64,000 nucleotides of DNA from Coraliomargaritaceae bacterium. Its GTDB lineage: Bacteria; Verrucomicrobiota; Verrucomicrobiia; Opitutales; Coraliomargaritaceae. Position numbers and translations under genes: made by a program. The DNA is taken from positions 18,098-82,097 of the forward strand of contig CBFHKU010000009.1 in the NCBI GenBank assembly GCA_965656495.1, in the 5' to 3' direction. Every line of letters begins with the position of its first letter. The stretch's first letter is position 1. Of the stretch, positions 34,572 to 43,869 are shown one piece after another. The notes beneath the pieces are model-generated. The model did not search any database. It saw only the letters and a program-made list of their open reading frames with translations, and had not been told where the DNA came from.

Positions 34572-35088
34572 ATACACCCAAAGTTTGGATGCAGCGAATC
34601 GCGGTCTGCAGGCGTTCCTCGGGGCTGCCACCAATCGGTGTGAATGGCAACTGCAAGGCCTCCAGTCGCAGCAGGAATTTTTGGTGGAGGGAATCGCGGG
34701 CCTCCGGACCTTCGCGTTGACCGTGGTCTGGCACCCATGGGAAATCCGGCAAACACAGCAGGTACAGGTCATAGTGGCGGGCATTAAACTGCGCCACCAG
34801 CCAATCCAAATTTCCGCCGAAATAATGCTCCGCGTAGATTAAGTTGGAGAGCAGGTTGGTATCATGGATAACGAGTCCCTCATTGTTTGAGGGCCGGCCG
34901 GCATCCTCGAGCGCGATTTGACCCTTGGCGATTCTTTCGAGGTCGGTGGCCTGGGGCGCACGCTGAGTCTCGTCGACAAAAGCTCGCACGTATTCCGTGC
35001 TGTGGGGCGCGTTGAAATGCCGCGCAAGTTCGCACGCCAGGGTGCTTTTTCCGGTCGATTCAGCGCCGGTTAGGACGACTCGTTTCAT
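34570..35088 (-). CDS. NadR-like ribosylnicotinamide kinase/AAA_28 P-loop protein
   Basis: TGAESTGKST, EYVR, IAKGQ...E, HDT, YDLYLLC.PDFPWVPD..R; ATGA overlap with pnuC. Confidence 0.85.
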   Translation of the reverse strand: MKRVVLTGAESTGKSTLACELARHFNAPHSTEYVRAFVDETQRAPQATDLERIAKGQIALEDAGRPSNNEGLVIHDTNLLSNLIYAEHYFGGNLDWLVAQFNARHYDLYLLCLPDFPWVPDHGQREGPEARDSLHQKFLLRLEALQLPFTPIGGSPEERLQTAIRCIQTLGV

Positions 35089-35687
35089 GCGCTTTCCGAT
35101 TGTATGGAGGTATTCCACTCGCGCCAGCCTTTGGTCGCAAGGGCTATGAACATGATAAACAAGGTGGCACTCACGTAGTAACCCTGTGCGGCCCAGAGGC
35201 CCACAAAGATGCAGTCCGCCACAATCCAGAATATCCAGTTTTCAATATATTTGCGACTCAACATCCACTGCGCGACAAAGGCACAACTGGTCGCAAAGGC
35301 ATCAAGATAGGGCAGGTAAGCCTCGCTGTAACGATCGAGCAGGCCGCCGAGAAAAAGGCTGAAGCAGGCAATGACGAGACCGCAGCGCAGCAATAATTTT
35401 CGGGGAGTCCGTTGAATGTGAACCTTGGGCTTGCTGGTTTGGCTGGCCTTGAGCCAGTTGGACCAACCGTAGAGTGAGATAAAAATAAAGACGGTGTTGA
35501 GGAGCAAGGTGGCAAGCAGGGCGGCCTCCCAACTGAGGTAAACGTAGGTTGCGTAGCAGAGAATGAAGAGCGGCCAAGCCAGAAGCTTCTCTTTGATGCT
35601 GAGATAAACCCCGCTAACCCCCGTCAGCATTCCAAACCATTCTGCCGGAGGGACGGCTGCAAGCTGACTCCCAATATCCTGTAGCAT
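35085..35687 (-). CDS. pnuC: nicotinamide riboside transporter PnuC family
   Basis: YGWSNW, PYLDAF, AQWMLSRKYIENWIFWIVAD, multiple TM segments. Confidence 0.92.
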   Translation of the reverse strand: MLQDIGSQLAAVPPAEWFGMLTGVSGVYLSIKEKLLAWPLFILCYATYVYLSWEAALLATLLLNTVFIFISLYGWSNWLKASQTSKPKVHIQRTPRKLLLRCGLVIACFSLFLGGLLDRYSEAYLPYLDAFATSCAFVAQWMLSRKYIENWIFWIVADCIFVGLWAAQGYYVSATLFIMFIALATKGWREWNTSIQSESA

Positions 35688-35699
35688 GCTCTCGGGAGG

Positions 35700-35999
35700 T
35701 TAATCCGCGTCGATGATACGAACACGCTCCCAATAACTTGCAAAGCGTTCGAGGAAGGCCTTGTGCAAGGGGTCGACCTGATAGGCATCATGGGCGGCGA
35801 GATCCGGCAGCAGAACCGTGAGGCAAAAGTCGTAGGAGCGGTCGATTACGGGCCGATCACCGGTTTGAGCGGGGGTTCCCAGATGAAGCGATGCGATCGA
35901 CTCAATACCCTCAAGGCTTTTCAAGCCTTCGAGAAATTCGGCGCGTTCCTCGCTTTGGAGATCCTTGCGCAGCCAAAATATAACGGTGTGTACCAGCAT
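35700..35999 (-). CDS. Dabb-family stress-responsive alpha/beta barrel protein
   Basis: HTVIFWL, YD, HDAYQVDPLH. Confidence 0.85.
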   Translation of the reverse strand: MLVHTVIFWLRKDLQSEERAEFLEGLKSLEGIESIASLHLGTPAQTGDRPVIDRSYDFCLTVLLPDLAAHDAYQVDPLHKAFLERFASYWERVRIIDAD

Positions 36000-36011
36000 G
36001 ACAGATGGGTG

Positions 36012-36620
36012 CTATGCAAGTTGAAGCGCGTTTTCAATGCAGGCTCTCAATTCATTGTGGTCATGCGCGACCTTGAGGTCCGGGCGTTCCTGAATCAAAC
36101 GTTCAGGGGGGCAAAAGAGCGCCTTATGGTCGGCGGTTTCTATCATACTGAGGTCATTGTAGGAATCACCTGCCGCGAAGGTTTCAAAATTCAGGCCCTT
36201 AAAAGCTTCAACCGCCTTCCGTTTGTGGTCGGGCAAGCGGAGGCGATAGTCTGCGATGCGACCGTCCGTGGCGATTTCGAGTTCGTGGCAGAAAAGGGTG
36301 GGGTTCCCAAGTTTGGCCATGAGCGGTCCTGCAAATTGGCTAAAGGTGTCCGAAAGAATGACGAGCCGAGTTTGTGCCGAGACCCAGTTTACGAATTCGA
36401 CCGCGCCGGGTAAGGGTTCCAGCGTGCCAATGACCGCTTCGATATCCTTTAGCTTGAAGCCTTCTTTGTCCAAAATATCGAGGCGATAGCGCATGAGGGT
36501 GTCATAGCAGGGCTCATCGCGAGTGGTACGTTTGAGCGCCTCGATTCCTGTGGTTTCTGCAAAGGCAATCCAGATTTCAGGGATGAGCACTCCTTCTAAG
36601 TCAAGGCAAACAATATGCAT
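36012..36620 (-). CDS. thrH: phosphoserine phosphatase/homoserine phosphotransferase
   Basis: CLDLEGVLIPEIWI, TTRDEP.YD.LM, LSDTF, AAGDSYND; ATG at 36620. Confidence 0.93.
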   Translation of the reverse strand: MHIVCLDLEGVLIPEIWIAFAETTGIEALKRTTRDEPCYDTLMRYRLDILDKEGFKLKDIEAVIGTLEPLPGAVEFVNWVSAQTRLVILSDTFSQFAGPLMAKLGNPTLFCHELEIATDGRIADYRLRLPDHKRKAVEAFKGLNFETFAAGDSYNDLSMIETADHKALFCPPERLIQERPDLKVAHDHNELRACIENALQLA

Positions 36621-36657
36621 GACTTCTAAAGCGTTGGAAAGTGGGCTTGAGTCAATC

Positions 36658-37221
36658 TCAATCCAGAGTGCGGACACTCAGTGGCGGGAAATTCATGAGG
36701 ATGGCATCCACCACGGCCTGCGCCTGTATGGGGCTCAAGGCATTGCGCTCCAAGCGGCGGGTATGCACCCCGCGCCAGACCAGTTGGCCATTTTGCGTAT
36801 CAATCACATCGATCACGAGGGTTCCTTCTTCATATTTGTCGATGAAGAGGCGCCCATAGCTGTAATCCCCGAAATACGGTTCGCGTCCAAATGGTGCCGG
36901 CCCATGACCTAGGTCATGAACTTCGGTGCGATCTTTAGTAACGGTATGGAAGTTGATACGGAAGTCAGCTGGTTTACTGCGTGCGTAACCTTTTGCCTCA
37001 AGGCTATTCCCGATGGCGTTTTGCACGCGCCGATCCACCAGCGGACTGAGGGCAATCGTGCCATAACCCGCTCGCTCTTCGCGCGTATCAATTTGAAAGG
37101 TGGTGTATGCCTTAATGCGATCGATTTGAGCGCGGTCAAAATCCACCGCTACGGGACTCTGGCAACCTGCGATTAGTAACACTGCTCCCAGTGGAAGCAT
37201 TTTGAATAAATGGGTCTTCAT
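36658..37221 (-). CDS. DUF4136-family lipoprotein
   Basis: Lipobox LIAG|C; YEEGTLVIDVID...LVWRG. Confidence 0.85.
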   Translation of the reverse strand: MKTHLFKMLPLGAVLLIAGCQSPVAVDFDRAQIDRIKAYTTFQIDTREERAGYGTIALSPLVDRRVQNAIGNSLEAKGYARSKPADFRINFHTVTKDRTEVHDLGHGPAPFGREPYFGDYSYGRLFIDKYEEGTLVIDVIDTQNGQLVWRGVHTRRLERNALSPIQAQAVVDAILMNFPPLSVRTLD

Positions 37222-37275
37222 GTTGAATAATATAAGTACTCAATCAAAAATGGCAAATCTTTGCTGATCCGGTGA

Positions 37276-37863
37276 TTAATTTTCCTCTTTGGGCGCATTT
37301 CCTTCAAAAGCAGGGCGTGTGACTGTTTCAGACGCATTGATATCCTTGCGGCTCAGTACGGTGTATAGGGTCAGGCCAAGAATCCTGAAGTCCAAGAAGA
37401 GAGATTTTTTTTCAACATACCAGAGGTCGAGTTCAAATTGGCGATCCCAGGTCAGGCCATTGCGCCCATTAACCTGAGCCCAGCCGGTGATCCCCGGACG
37501 CACTTCATGTCTGCGCGCCTGCTCTTTGGAATAACGTGGCAAATATTCGGTTGGAAGGGGTCGTGGGCCAACGAGGCTCATCTCTCCGCGCAGGACATTC
37601 CAGAGTTCAGGGAGTTCGTCGAGGCTGGTGGAGCGCAGAAATCGTCCCCACCCGGTGGTACGCGCGGCATCGCTGCCGGAACCCGCCTGCATACTGCGGA
37701 ATTTCACGATTTCGAAGGGCAGCCCCCCGCGACCCGCGCGGATTTGTCGAAAGAAAAGCGGCCGTCCCATTATGATATATTGCAGGATGCAAAGGGTCGT
37801 CAAGAGGGGTGCGAGCAGGATGAGCCCCAGTGAACTGGCGATGATGTCGATGGCGCGCTTCAT
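37276..37863 (-). CDS. bacterial sugar transferase (PglC/WcaJ C-terminal type)
   Basis: KRAIDI, KFRSM, GRFLRSTSLDELPELWNVLRGEMSLVGPRP, RPGITGWAQVNGRN. Confidence 0.93.
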   Translation of the reverse strand: MKRAIDIIASSLGLILLAPLLTTLCILQYIIMGRPLFFRQIRAGRGGLPFEIVKFRSMQAGSGSDAARTTGWGRFLRSTSLDELPELWNVLRGEMSLVGPRPLPTEYLPRYSKEQARRHEVRPGITGWAQVNGRNGLTWDRQFELDLWYVEKKSLFLDFRILGLTLYTVLSRKDINASETVTRPAFEGNAPKEEN

Positions 37864-37981
37864 GGATATTTTGAATGAAATTAGGCAATCTCGCCGGATT
37901 TGGCTATTAATATTTGGTTTTCATTTGATCCTGATTTATTTTGTGCATATCGTAAGATCCAATTTAACCTATTACACTATT

Positions 37982-39154
37982 ATGATACTCGACGCGGCAG
38001 CACGCAACTTTTCGCCTTTTAGTCTTACCCGCTTGCTCACCACCTGCTTTGGTGCGGGCAATGGTGAGAGAGCCTGTATTCTGATTGATCTCCCCGATCC
38101 ACATGACATCAAGGATTTCAAATTCCTCGAAGACGAGACCCTCTCCATCCAAAATTACGGGCACGAAGTTTTCTACAAGGGTTTCAAGGAAGGCGCCCTC
38201 GAGGTCATGAATTGGACCGGAGGTGAAATTTTCGCTTATCAGGAAACGGGTGGCAGCAATCTCGACATGGAGGATCTCTGTTGCGATCCCAGCGGCAAAG
38301 AATTGAGTCTCGATCGGGACATATACCCGAATTACGACATCATCTTAACCGTTTCCACTTTTTCTGCGACTGCCCCCCTGACCGCCAAATGCAAAGAATT
38401 CGGCTTCCGTGGCGCAACCTTGCACGGGCTCAATCAAATCATTCTCGATACCGGGTTGGCGGTTGATTACGATCTCGTAAGTGAAGAAGCGGAGCGTTTG
38501 CGCCTTGGTTTGACTCAGGCAGATCGTTTTGAAATCGACTTTCAGGTTGAGGGCGAAGTCTATACCCTGCTCCTTCACACCAACGGTCAAGAGGCCCAAA
38601 AGAGCCATGGTTTATGTCCTCCGGGCAAACCGGACGTCGCCAATCTTCCTGCAGGCGAAGTTTACTTTGTCCCTGAAAGCGCGGAGGGTGTCTTCCCTTT
38701 TAAATACAGTGAAGAAACCATAGGTCTTTTGCACGTGAAGGATGGCACCATCTACAAATCGCAGTTCGTCTATGGCGACTATGCGGAAATTGAAGCGCAT
38801 AACCAGCGCCTTGCGGATGATCCCATGGTGGGAGCGATTGGCGAACTCGGCTTTGGCACGCAGGTCTTACCCTTCTCAGGGCGCGATATTCAGGACGAGA
38901 AAATTCTGGGCACGATTCATGTCGCCACCGGGCGGGATGATCACCTCGGTGGAAAAATAACCCCGGATCTTTTCAAGGAGCATAAGAATGCCTCGCATGA
39001 CGACGTCCTTTACGCGCCGCACAAGACCCCTGAAATTCGTCTCCCCGAGGCGCGAATGATTAAAGACGGAAAATCCACGGTCCTCATTCGCAACTACAAG
39101 CCTGCGGAGTTTATGGTTGCCTGCCTGGAAAACGAAACTCCGGTTGAGGTTTAA
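37982..39154 (+). CDS. M29-like (aminopeptidase T-type) metallopeptidase
   Basis: NLPAGEVYFVP, IGELGFG, DEKILGTIHVATG, HDD; ATG at 37982. Confidence 0.7.
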   Translation: MILDAAARNFSPFSLTRLLTTCFGAGNGERACILIDLPDPHDIKDFKFLEDETLSIQNYGHEVFYKGFKEGALEVMNWTGGEIFAYQETGGSNLDMEDLCCDPSGKELSLDRDIYPNYDIILTVSTFSATAPLTAKCKEFGFRGATLHGLNQIILDTGLAVDYDLVSEEAERLRLGLTQADRFEIDFQVEGEVYTLLLHTNGQEAQKSHGLCPPGKPDVANLPAGEVYFVPESAEGVFPFKYSEETIGLLHVKDGTIYKSQFVYGDYAEIEAHNQRLADDPMVGAIGELGFGTQVLPFSGRDIQDEKILGTIHVATGRDDHLGGKITPDLFKEHKNASHDDVLYAPHKTPEIRLPEARMIKDGKSTVLIRNYKPAEFMVACLENETPVEV

Positions 39155-39157
39155 CCG

Positions 39158-39916
39158 ATGCCGGAGAATCCCTACGAGACAGATGCGCTCTTGCAGCAGT
39201 ATCTCGTATTTCACTACGCGAATGAGGCGAAACAATTTCCCTATCCTTTTGGGGCTTCGGATGCGTTGGGTTTTCCAGTTCGCTGTGTCACGGAGGGGCT
39301 GGATTTTGAATCAATAAAACCGGAAGCCCGGGCCCTGGATTTGGGCTGTGCGGTTGGGGGCAGCAGTTTCGAACTCGCGCGCCACGCTGCGGAGGTAATT
39401 GGGATTGATTACTCCGAGGCTTTCATTGCTGCGGCAAGGCAGTTGCAGTCCACCGGGAAAGTTTCGGCATCACGTTTGGACGAGGGATCTTCGCAAACCC
39501 GACTGGCATTGGAAATCGACGCCGCTATCGATCGCACCAAATTATCGTTTGAAACCGGGGATGCGCAGGATTTGCGTGCCGACCTCGGGCAATTTGATGT
39601 GGTGCTGGCATGTAATCTTATTTGTCGCTTGCCGGAACCGATGCGTTTGTTGAGTCGTTTGCCGGAATTGGTGCGCCCCGGCGGGCAGCTTTTTATTACG
39701 ACTCCCTTTACCTGGCTGGAAGCATACACGCCCCGGGCGAATTGGCTCGGGGAGGGGGTAGCCGATTCCTTTGCCGGTTTGCGCGCTTCACTGGAGCCCA
39801 TGTTTACACTGGAGCGTTCTTGGGATATGCCCTTCCTAATACGCGAGCATGCGCGCAAATTCCAATATAGCATCGCGCAGGCAAGCCGGTGGCGACGTTC
39901 CGATACGAGGCCGTAG
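39158..39916 (+). CDS. class I SAM methyltransferase resembling the OvoA C-terminal (mercaptohistidine N-methyltransferase) domain
   Basis: YETD.LL.QYL.FHY, ALDLGCAVG.SSFELA, GIDYS, GDA, NLICRL..P, TPFTWLE.YTP...W, F.IREH.RKFQY. Confidence 0.8.
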   Translation: MPENPYETDALLQQYLVFHYANEAKQFPYPFGASDALGFPVRCVTEGLDFESIKPEARALDLGCAVGGSSFELARHAAEVIGIDYSEAFIAAARQLQSTGKVSASRLDEGSSQTRLALEIDAAIDRTKLSFETGDAQDLRADLGQFDVVLACNLICRLPEPMRLLSRLPELVRPGGQLFITTPFTWLEAYTPRANWLGEGVADSFAGLRASLEPMFTLERSWDMPFLIREHARKFQYSIAQASRWRRSDTRP

Positions 39917-39934
39917 TTATGCGCTTGATTGCCC

Positions 39935-41614
39935 TTATGCTTCCAGGATGCCGGAGCTCTTGAGCAGACTCCCAATGTAGGGAATCAATTGCTTTTTACG
40001 GCTCACGATCCCGGAAAGGAAGTATACATTGTTTTTGCCGCGCTGAGGGTAATTGATCCAATCCAGAACCTGTTGTTCACCGCTCACAACGAGCAGGGAG
40101 TCCTGTGAGTTGACGTCGGTAATCAAGAGAAAGCTCAAGCCCAGTCCCTCGCTTTTGCGGTGCGCTTTCAAGGCCGCGTCCAAGGCATCGCTGTGGGCGT
40201 TGAAATTATCAAAGCCCAGTTCCTCGATCTGCGAGACGCTGTAACGGAAGTGGTTTTCAACGTATTCCTTGCAGTCGGAGCGGATGACATCTTCAGGGCT
40301 GGAATTAAGGATGACCGACCCGGATGAGAAAATGAGTTCAGCCAAGGTCTTGCTCTCAATGCCGGCAATCGGGCTCAACCATTCCAGCAATTCGCCTTCC
40401 AGCGGTGTGGTCGTCGGACTATTGAGATGCAGGGTATCCGATATAATTCCGGACATCATCGCTCCGGCAATAGGGCGTGAAGGGGTGAGTCCACTTTTGC
40501 GAAAGAGGTCAGCTACAATAGAACAGGTCGAACCCACCGGGCGGTTGATGAAGAGGATCGGTTTTTGCGTGGGCAAGTTGCCGAGTTTGTGGTGATCCAG
40601 GATTTCGGTAATCTGTACCTTGTCGGCGCCGTTAACGGCTTGGTTCAATTCATTGTGATCGACCAGAGCGATCCGCGTTTTGCTCGGGCGCAGAATGTCG
40701 CTCTTGGAGAAAACTCCAAGCAATTGATTGCTGTCGTTTGTGACCATGTAGAGCGGGTCATTGAGCGAGGCAATGCGGTGCTTGACCGATTGAATGCTGT
40801 CCTCCGCTGAGAAACATTTCACTTTTTTCTCAAAGAGACTATCGATATGAGTGGCGGTTCGAATGATCCAGGAGGTGGAGGCAGAATCATAGGGACTGAT
40901 AATGAGGGAAACGCCCTTATCTTTTGCAAGTTGTAGGACTTCAGGGTCCACCTCGAGTCCGCCGGTGATGACGAGGAGGCGGACGCCTTTCTCGATGCAC
41001 AGTTCCTGGATGTCACGTCGGTCACCCACCACAATGATGGATTGCTCGGCGGGCATGTCGCTTTCTCTGCGGTAATTATTGAAGGATTTTATGTGCATCG
41101 CCCCGACACGTACGTAGAGTTCCTGCACGTCCAAAGGCGAAACAAGGTTTAGCGCCTCGGCGTTCAGTGAGCGCACAATGGAGTCCATATTGGTTTTTAC
41201 CCGGCGCATGTCCTTGGATGAGCGGGGCTTTGGCACAAAAAATTCCCCAAGCTGGAAGAAGCTGATGACTCCGAGCAGTCGGTCCGCGGTATCGGTAACC
41301 GGGAGCGCCCGCACGTCGTATTTATCGATCAATTCGAGCGCTTCCGCACAGGTGCTTTGTGGAGTCACCTTGTGAAGCGTGCGGCTCATGATTGCCTCGA
41401 TGCGCGGTGTGACATCGCCCAGGAAGACCGGAACCGGCAATTGGAAATGCTCGAGAATCGCGTCAATACGCGGGTTGGTGTTCCCACAACGCGCCGCGAC
41501 ATAATTTTTCTCGCCCATCGCATGCTTGTAGGCGGAGTATGCCAGTGCAGAGCAGATGGCATCTGCGTCAGGGTTTTTGTGCCCCAGGACGTAGATTGGA
41601 CTCTCTTTTTCCAT
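39935..41614 (-). CDS. ppaC: Mn-dependent family II inorganic pyrophosphatase with CBS-DRTGG insert
   Basis: GHKNPDADAICSA, CBS-DRTGG (VGDR)-CBS, LVDHNE, ILDHH, ISDTL..SPTTT, VSRKKQ. Confidence 0.93.
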   Translation of the reverse strand: MEKESPIYVLGHKNPDADAICSALAYSAYKHAMGEKNYVAARCGNTNPRIDAILEHFQLPVPVFLGDVTPRIEAIMSRTLHKVTPQSTCAEALELIDKYDVRALPVTDTADRLLGVISFFQLGEFFVPKPRSSKDMRRVKTNMDSIVRSLNAEALNLVSPLDVQELYVRVGAMHIKSFNNYRRESDMPAEQSIIVVGDRRDIQELCIEKGVRLLVITGGLEVDPEVLQLAKDKGVSLIISPYDSASTSWIIRTATHIDSLFEKKVKCFSAEDSIQSVKHRIASLNDPLYMVTNDSNQLLGVFSKSDILRPSKTRIALVDHNELNQAVNGADKVQITEILDHHKLGNLPTQKPILFINRPVGSTCSIVADLFRKSGLTPSRPIAGAMMSGIISDTLHLNSPTTTPLEGELLEWLSPIAGIESKTLAELIFSSGSVILNSSPEDVIRSDCKEYVENHFRYSVSQIEELGFDNFNAHSDALDAALKAHRKSEGLGLSFLLITDVNSQDSLLVVSGEQQVLDWINYPQRGKNNVYFLSGIVSRKKQLIPYIGSLLKSSGILEA

Positions 41615-41677
41615 TATTTTTATTAATCAATGGTTTGAGTGATATTTATACAAACCAATAAATTCTGAAAGTTGATA

Positions 41678-41713
41678 TAAAGAGGAAGGCCGGACTGCAA
41701 GAGCCCGGCCTTC
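41678..41713 (-). terminator. possible terminator hairpin after the prepilin gene
   Basis: GAAGGCCGG...CCGGCCTTC perfect 9-bp inverted repeat; weak U tract. Confidence 0.5.
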
Positions 41714-41741
41714 GTGTTAAACTTGGATAGGCCGAGTGGCT

Positions 41742-42434
41742 CTAGTCAGCGCGAACGATGTCGTTGCTGCTGTGAACATCGAGAATGTTGCTGGTGGGTT
41801 GCCCGTTGGTGGGGTCGACGAGTTGCCCGTCTTCGCCCTCAAGGTCATTGTAGAATTGAACGTGCCCATCGAGGTAGGCAATGTGCCCGCCCAAGCCCCA
41901 GGGGGAATCCTTTGGCCAGGTTCCTGAACTGGTGAGTCCGCGGGTCCAGGTCAAAGGGGTGGTGGTTGCAGGGTCATTGCCTCCGGCAGCGAGTGCGAAG
42001 TCATAGCCCAGAGGAACACGGGTTGTCCAGTCAGTGCTGGTTTGGAAGGCGTTGTTGGAGTCGCGATACCCGATGATCGCGGGGACATCACCGCCGTCGT
42101 TTTCGAAATCAATAAACTTGGGGTCTGAGTCGATGATCCAAACACTGGCGTCATAGAGCTCAACCTGTTTGGCAAGGAACTCAGCAACGGCATGAATGTT
42201 TTTGGTATTCAGTTTGGAAGCAGTGAGGGTGCGGACCCGCCCTCCGGAAGATGAATAGGTGGCATAGGAAACCGCGATGGAACGAATGTTGGCGGAAGAG
42301 CGCATCTTATTGGCGGTCTCACGCACTTTACCCACCGCGGGGATGAGAATCGCGGCGAGGATGCCGATGATTGCAATAACGGTGAGGAGTTCGATCAGGG
42401 TAAAACCTGCGTTGGCTGATTTCTTTTGCTTCAT
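41742..42434 (-). CDS. prepilin-type N-terminal cleavage/methylation protein with H-X9-DG-like C-terminal motif
   Basis: AG|FTLIELLTVIAIIGILAAILIP.VGKVRE.A; GGHIAYLDGHV. Confidence 0.9.
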   Translation of the reverse strand: MKQKKSANAGFTLIELLTVIAIIGILAAILIPAVGKVRETANKMRSSANIRSIAVSYATYSSSGGRVRTLTASKLNTKNIHAVAEFLAKQVELYDASVWIIDSDPKFIDFENDGGDVPAIIGYRDSNNAFQTSTDWTTRVPLGYDFALAAGGNDPATTTPLTWTRGLTSSGTWPKDSPWGLGGHIAYLDGHVQFYNDLEGEDGQLVDPTNGQPTSNILDVHSSNDIVRAD

Positions 42435-42562
42435 AATTTAAATGTGGGGTTTGATTTGTCTGTATAAGCAGGCAAAAGCGATTTTGTTTAAAGATTGCCT
42501 TCAGGAATAGCTGGAAGCAATACTATTTTTGTGAGCCTTCCGCAGGCAGACGGCCTTCCCGT

Positions 42563-43834
42563 TTAATAGGGAAGGGGGTACTTTGCGCAGAGCGCCTGTG
42601 CGATCTCGCGGGCCTTTGTGATGGCCTCGGCATCTTCCGGAGCGTTGAGCACCGTGTCGATGGCTTCCGCGATCTGTGCCATATCCGCCTCATTCATTCC
42701 GCGGGAGGTGACTGCGGGTGTCCCAAAGCGGATCCCGCTGGTCTGGAAGGGGCTGCGTGTTTCACCCGGTACGGTGTTTTTGTTGGCGGTGATATGGGCT
42801 TGGTCGAGTGCTATCTGGGCGACTTTACCGGTGAGCTCAGGGTCTTTTTTGCGCAGATCCAGCATGAGCAAATGGTTGTCGGTACCGCCGCTGATAACGT
42901 GGTGGCCGCGCTCACTGAGGGCATTCGCAAGCGCATTGGCATTGGCGGCAACCTGTGCCTGGTAGGCTCGGAATGATTCATTTGCGGCTTCTTTAAAACA
43001 AACGGCTTTGGCGGCGATGACGTGCATGAGGGGGCCGCCCTGTGTTCCGGGAAAGACCGCACTGTCGATTTTCTTGGCGTGTTCACCCTTGCAGAGGATC
43101 AGCCCGCCTCGGGGGCCGCGGAGGGTTTTGTGCGTGGTGGTGGTGACAAAATCGGCATGGGGTACCGGCGAGGGGTGAACCCTCGCCGCGACCAGACCTG
43201 CGATGTGCGCGATATCGGCCAGCAGGTAAGCGCCCACTTCGCGCGCGATTTCACCCATTCGGGCAAAATCAATGGTGCGGGAATACGCCGAAGCGCCCAC
43301 CGTGATCATCTTGGGTTGTTCGCGGCGCGCACTCTCCGCGATGAGGTCGTAGTCGATGCGACCGCTCTCGGCGTTGACCCCGTAGTTGACGACTTCGTGA
43401 TAGATGCCGCTGAAATTCATCGGGTGCCCATGTGTGAGGTGACCACCATCGGAGAGGTTCATCGTGAGGATTTTGTCACCGGGGCGCAGAACCGAAAGGT
43501 AGACGGCGGCGTTGGCCTGACTGCCCGAGTGGGGTTGGACATTGGCATGGTCGGCGCCAAAGAGGTGCTTGGCGCGCTCGATGGCGAGTTCCTCGACGCG
43601 GTCAACGTGTTCGCAGCCGCCATAGTAGCGTTTGCCGGGGTAGCCCTCAGCATACTTGTTGGTGAGGACCGAGCCTTGTGCTTCGATTACGGCGGGTAGG
43701 GTGAAGTTTTCGGAAGCGATCAATTCAATGTGGTTTTCCTGACGCTGCCGTTCCGCGGCAATTGCCTCCGCAATTTCGGGATCCAATGATTGAAGGGGTT
43801 TGTCGTCCAATTGATTAAGCGTGGTGGTAGTCAT
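42563..43834 (-). CDS. glyA: serine hydroxymethyltransferase
   Basis: [47 protein letters not shown]. Confidence 0.98.
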   Translation of the reverse strand: MTTTTLNQLDDKPLQSLDPEIAEAIAAERQRQENHIELIASENFTLPAVIEAQGSVLTNKYAEGYPGKRYYGGCEHVDRVEELAIERAKHLFGADHANVQPHSGSQANAAVYLSVLRPGDKILTMNLSDGGHLTHGHPMNFSGIYHEVVNYGVNAESGRIDYDLIAESARREQPKMITVGASAYSRTIDFARMGEIAREVGAYLLADIAHIAGLVAARVHPSPVPHADFVTTTTHKTLRGPRGGLILCKGEHAKKIDSAVFPGTQGGPLMHVIAAKAVCFKEAANESFRAYQAQVAANANALANALSERGHHVISGGTDNHLLMLDLRKKDPELTGKVAQIALDQAHITANKNTVPGETRSPFQTSGIRFGTPAVTSRGMNEADMAQIAEAIDTVLNAPEDAEAITKAREIAQALCAKYPLPY

Positions 43835-43869
43835 TACATTTAGATTACGGATTTTTCAAAAGCTGCAAA

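Noticed and set aside
34570..35687. pnuC plus NadR-like pair as a novel system or riboswitch-controlled unit
   Set aside because: It is a well-known pairing, and only 12 nt separate it from the upstream gene, leaving no room for a riboswitch
37628..37981. 118-aa N-terminal extension of the peptidase ORF
   Set aside because: It overlaps the divergent sugar transferase and the AT-rich promoter region; ATG 37982 is more plausible
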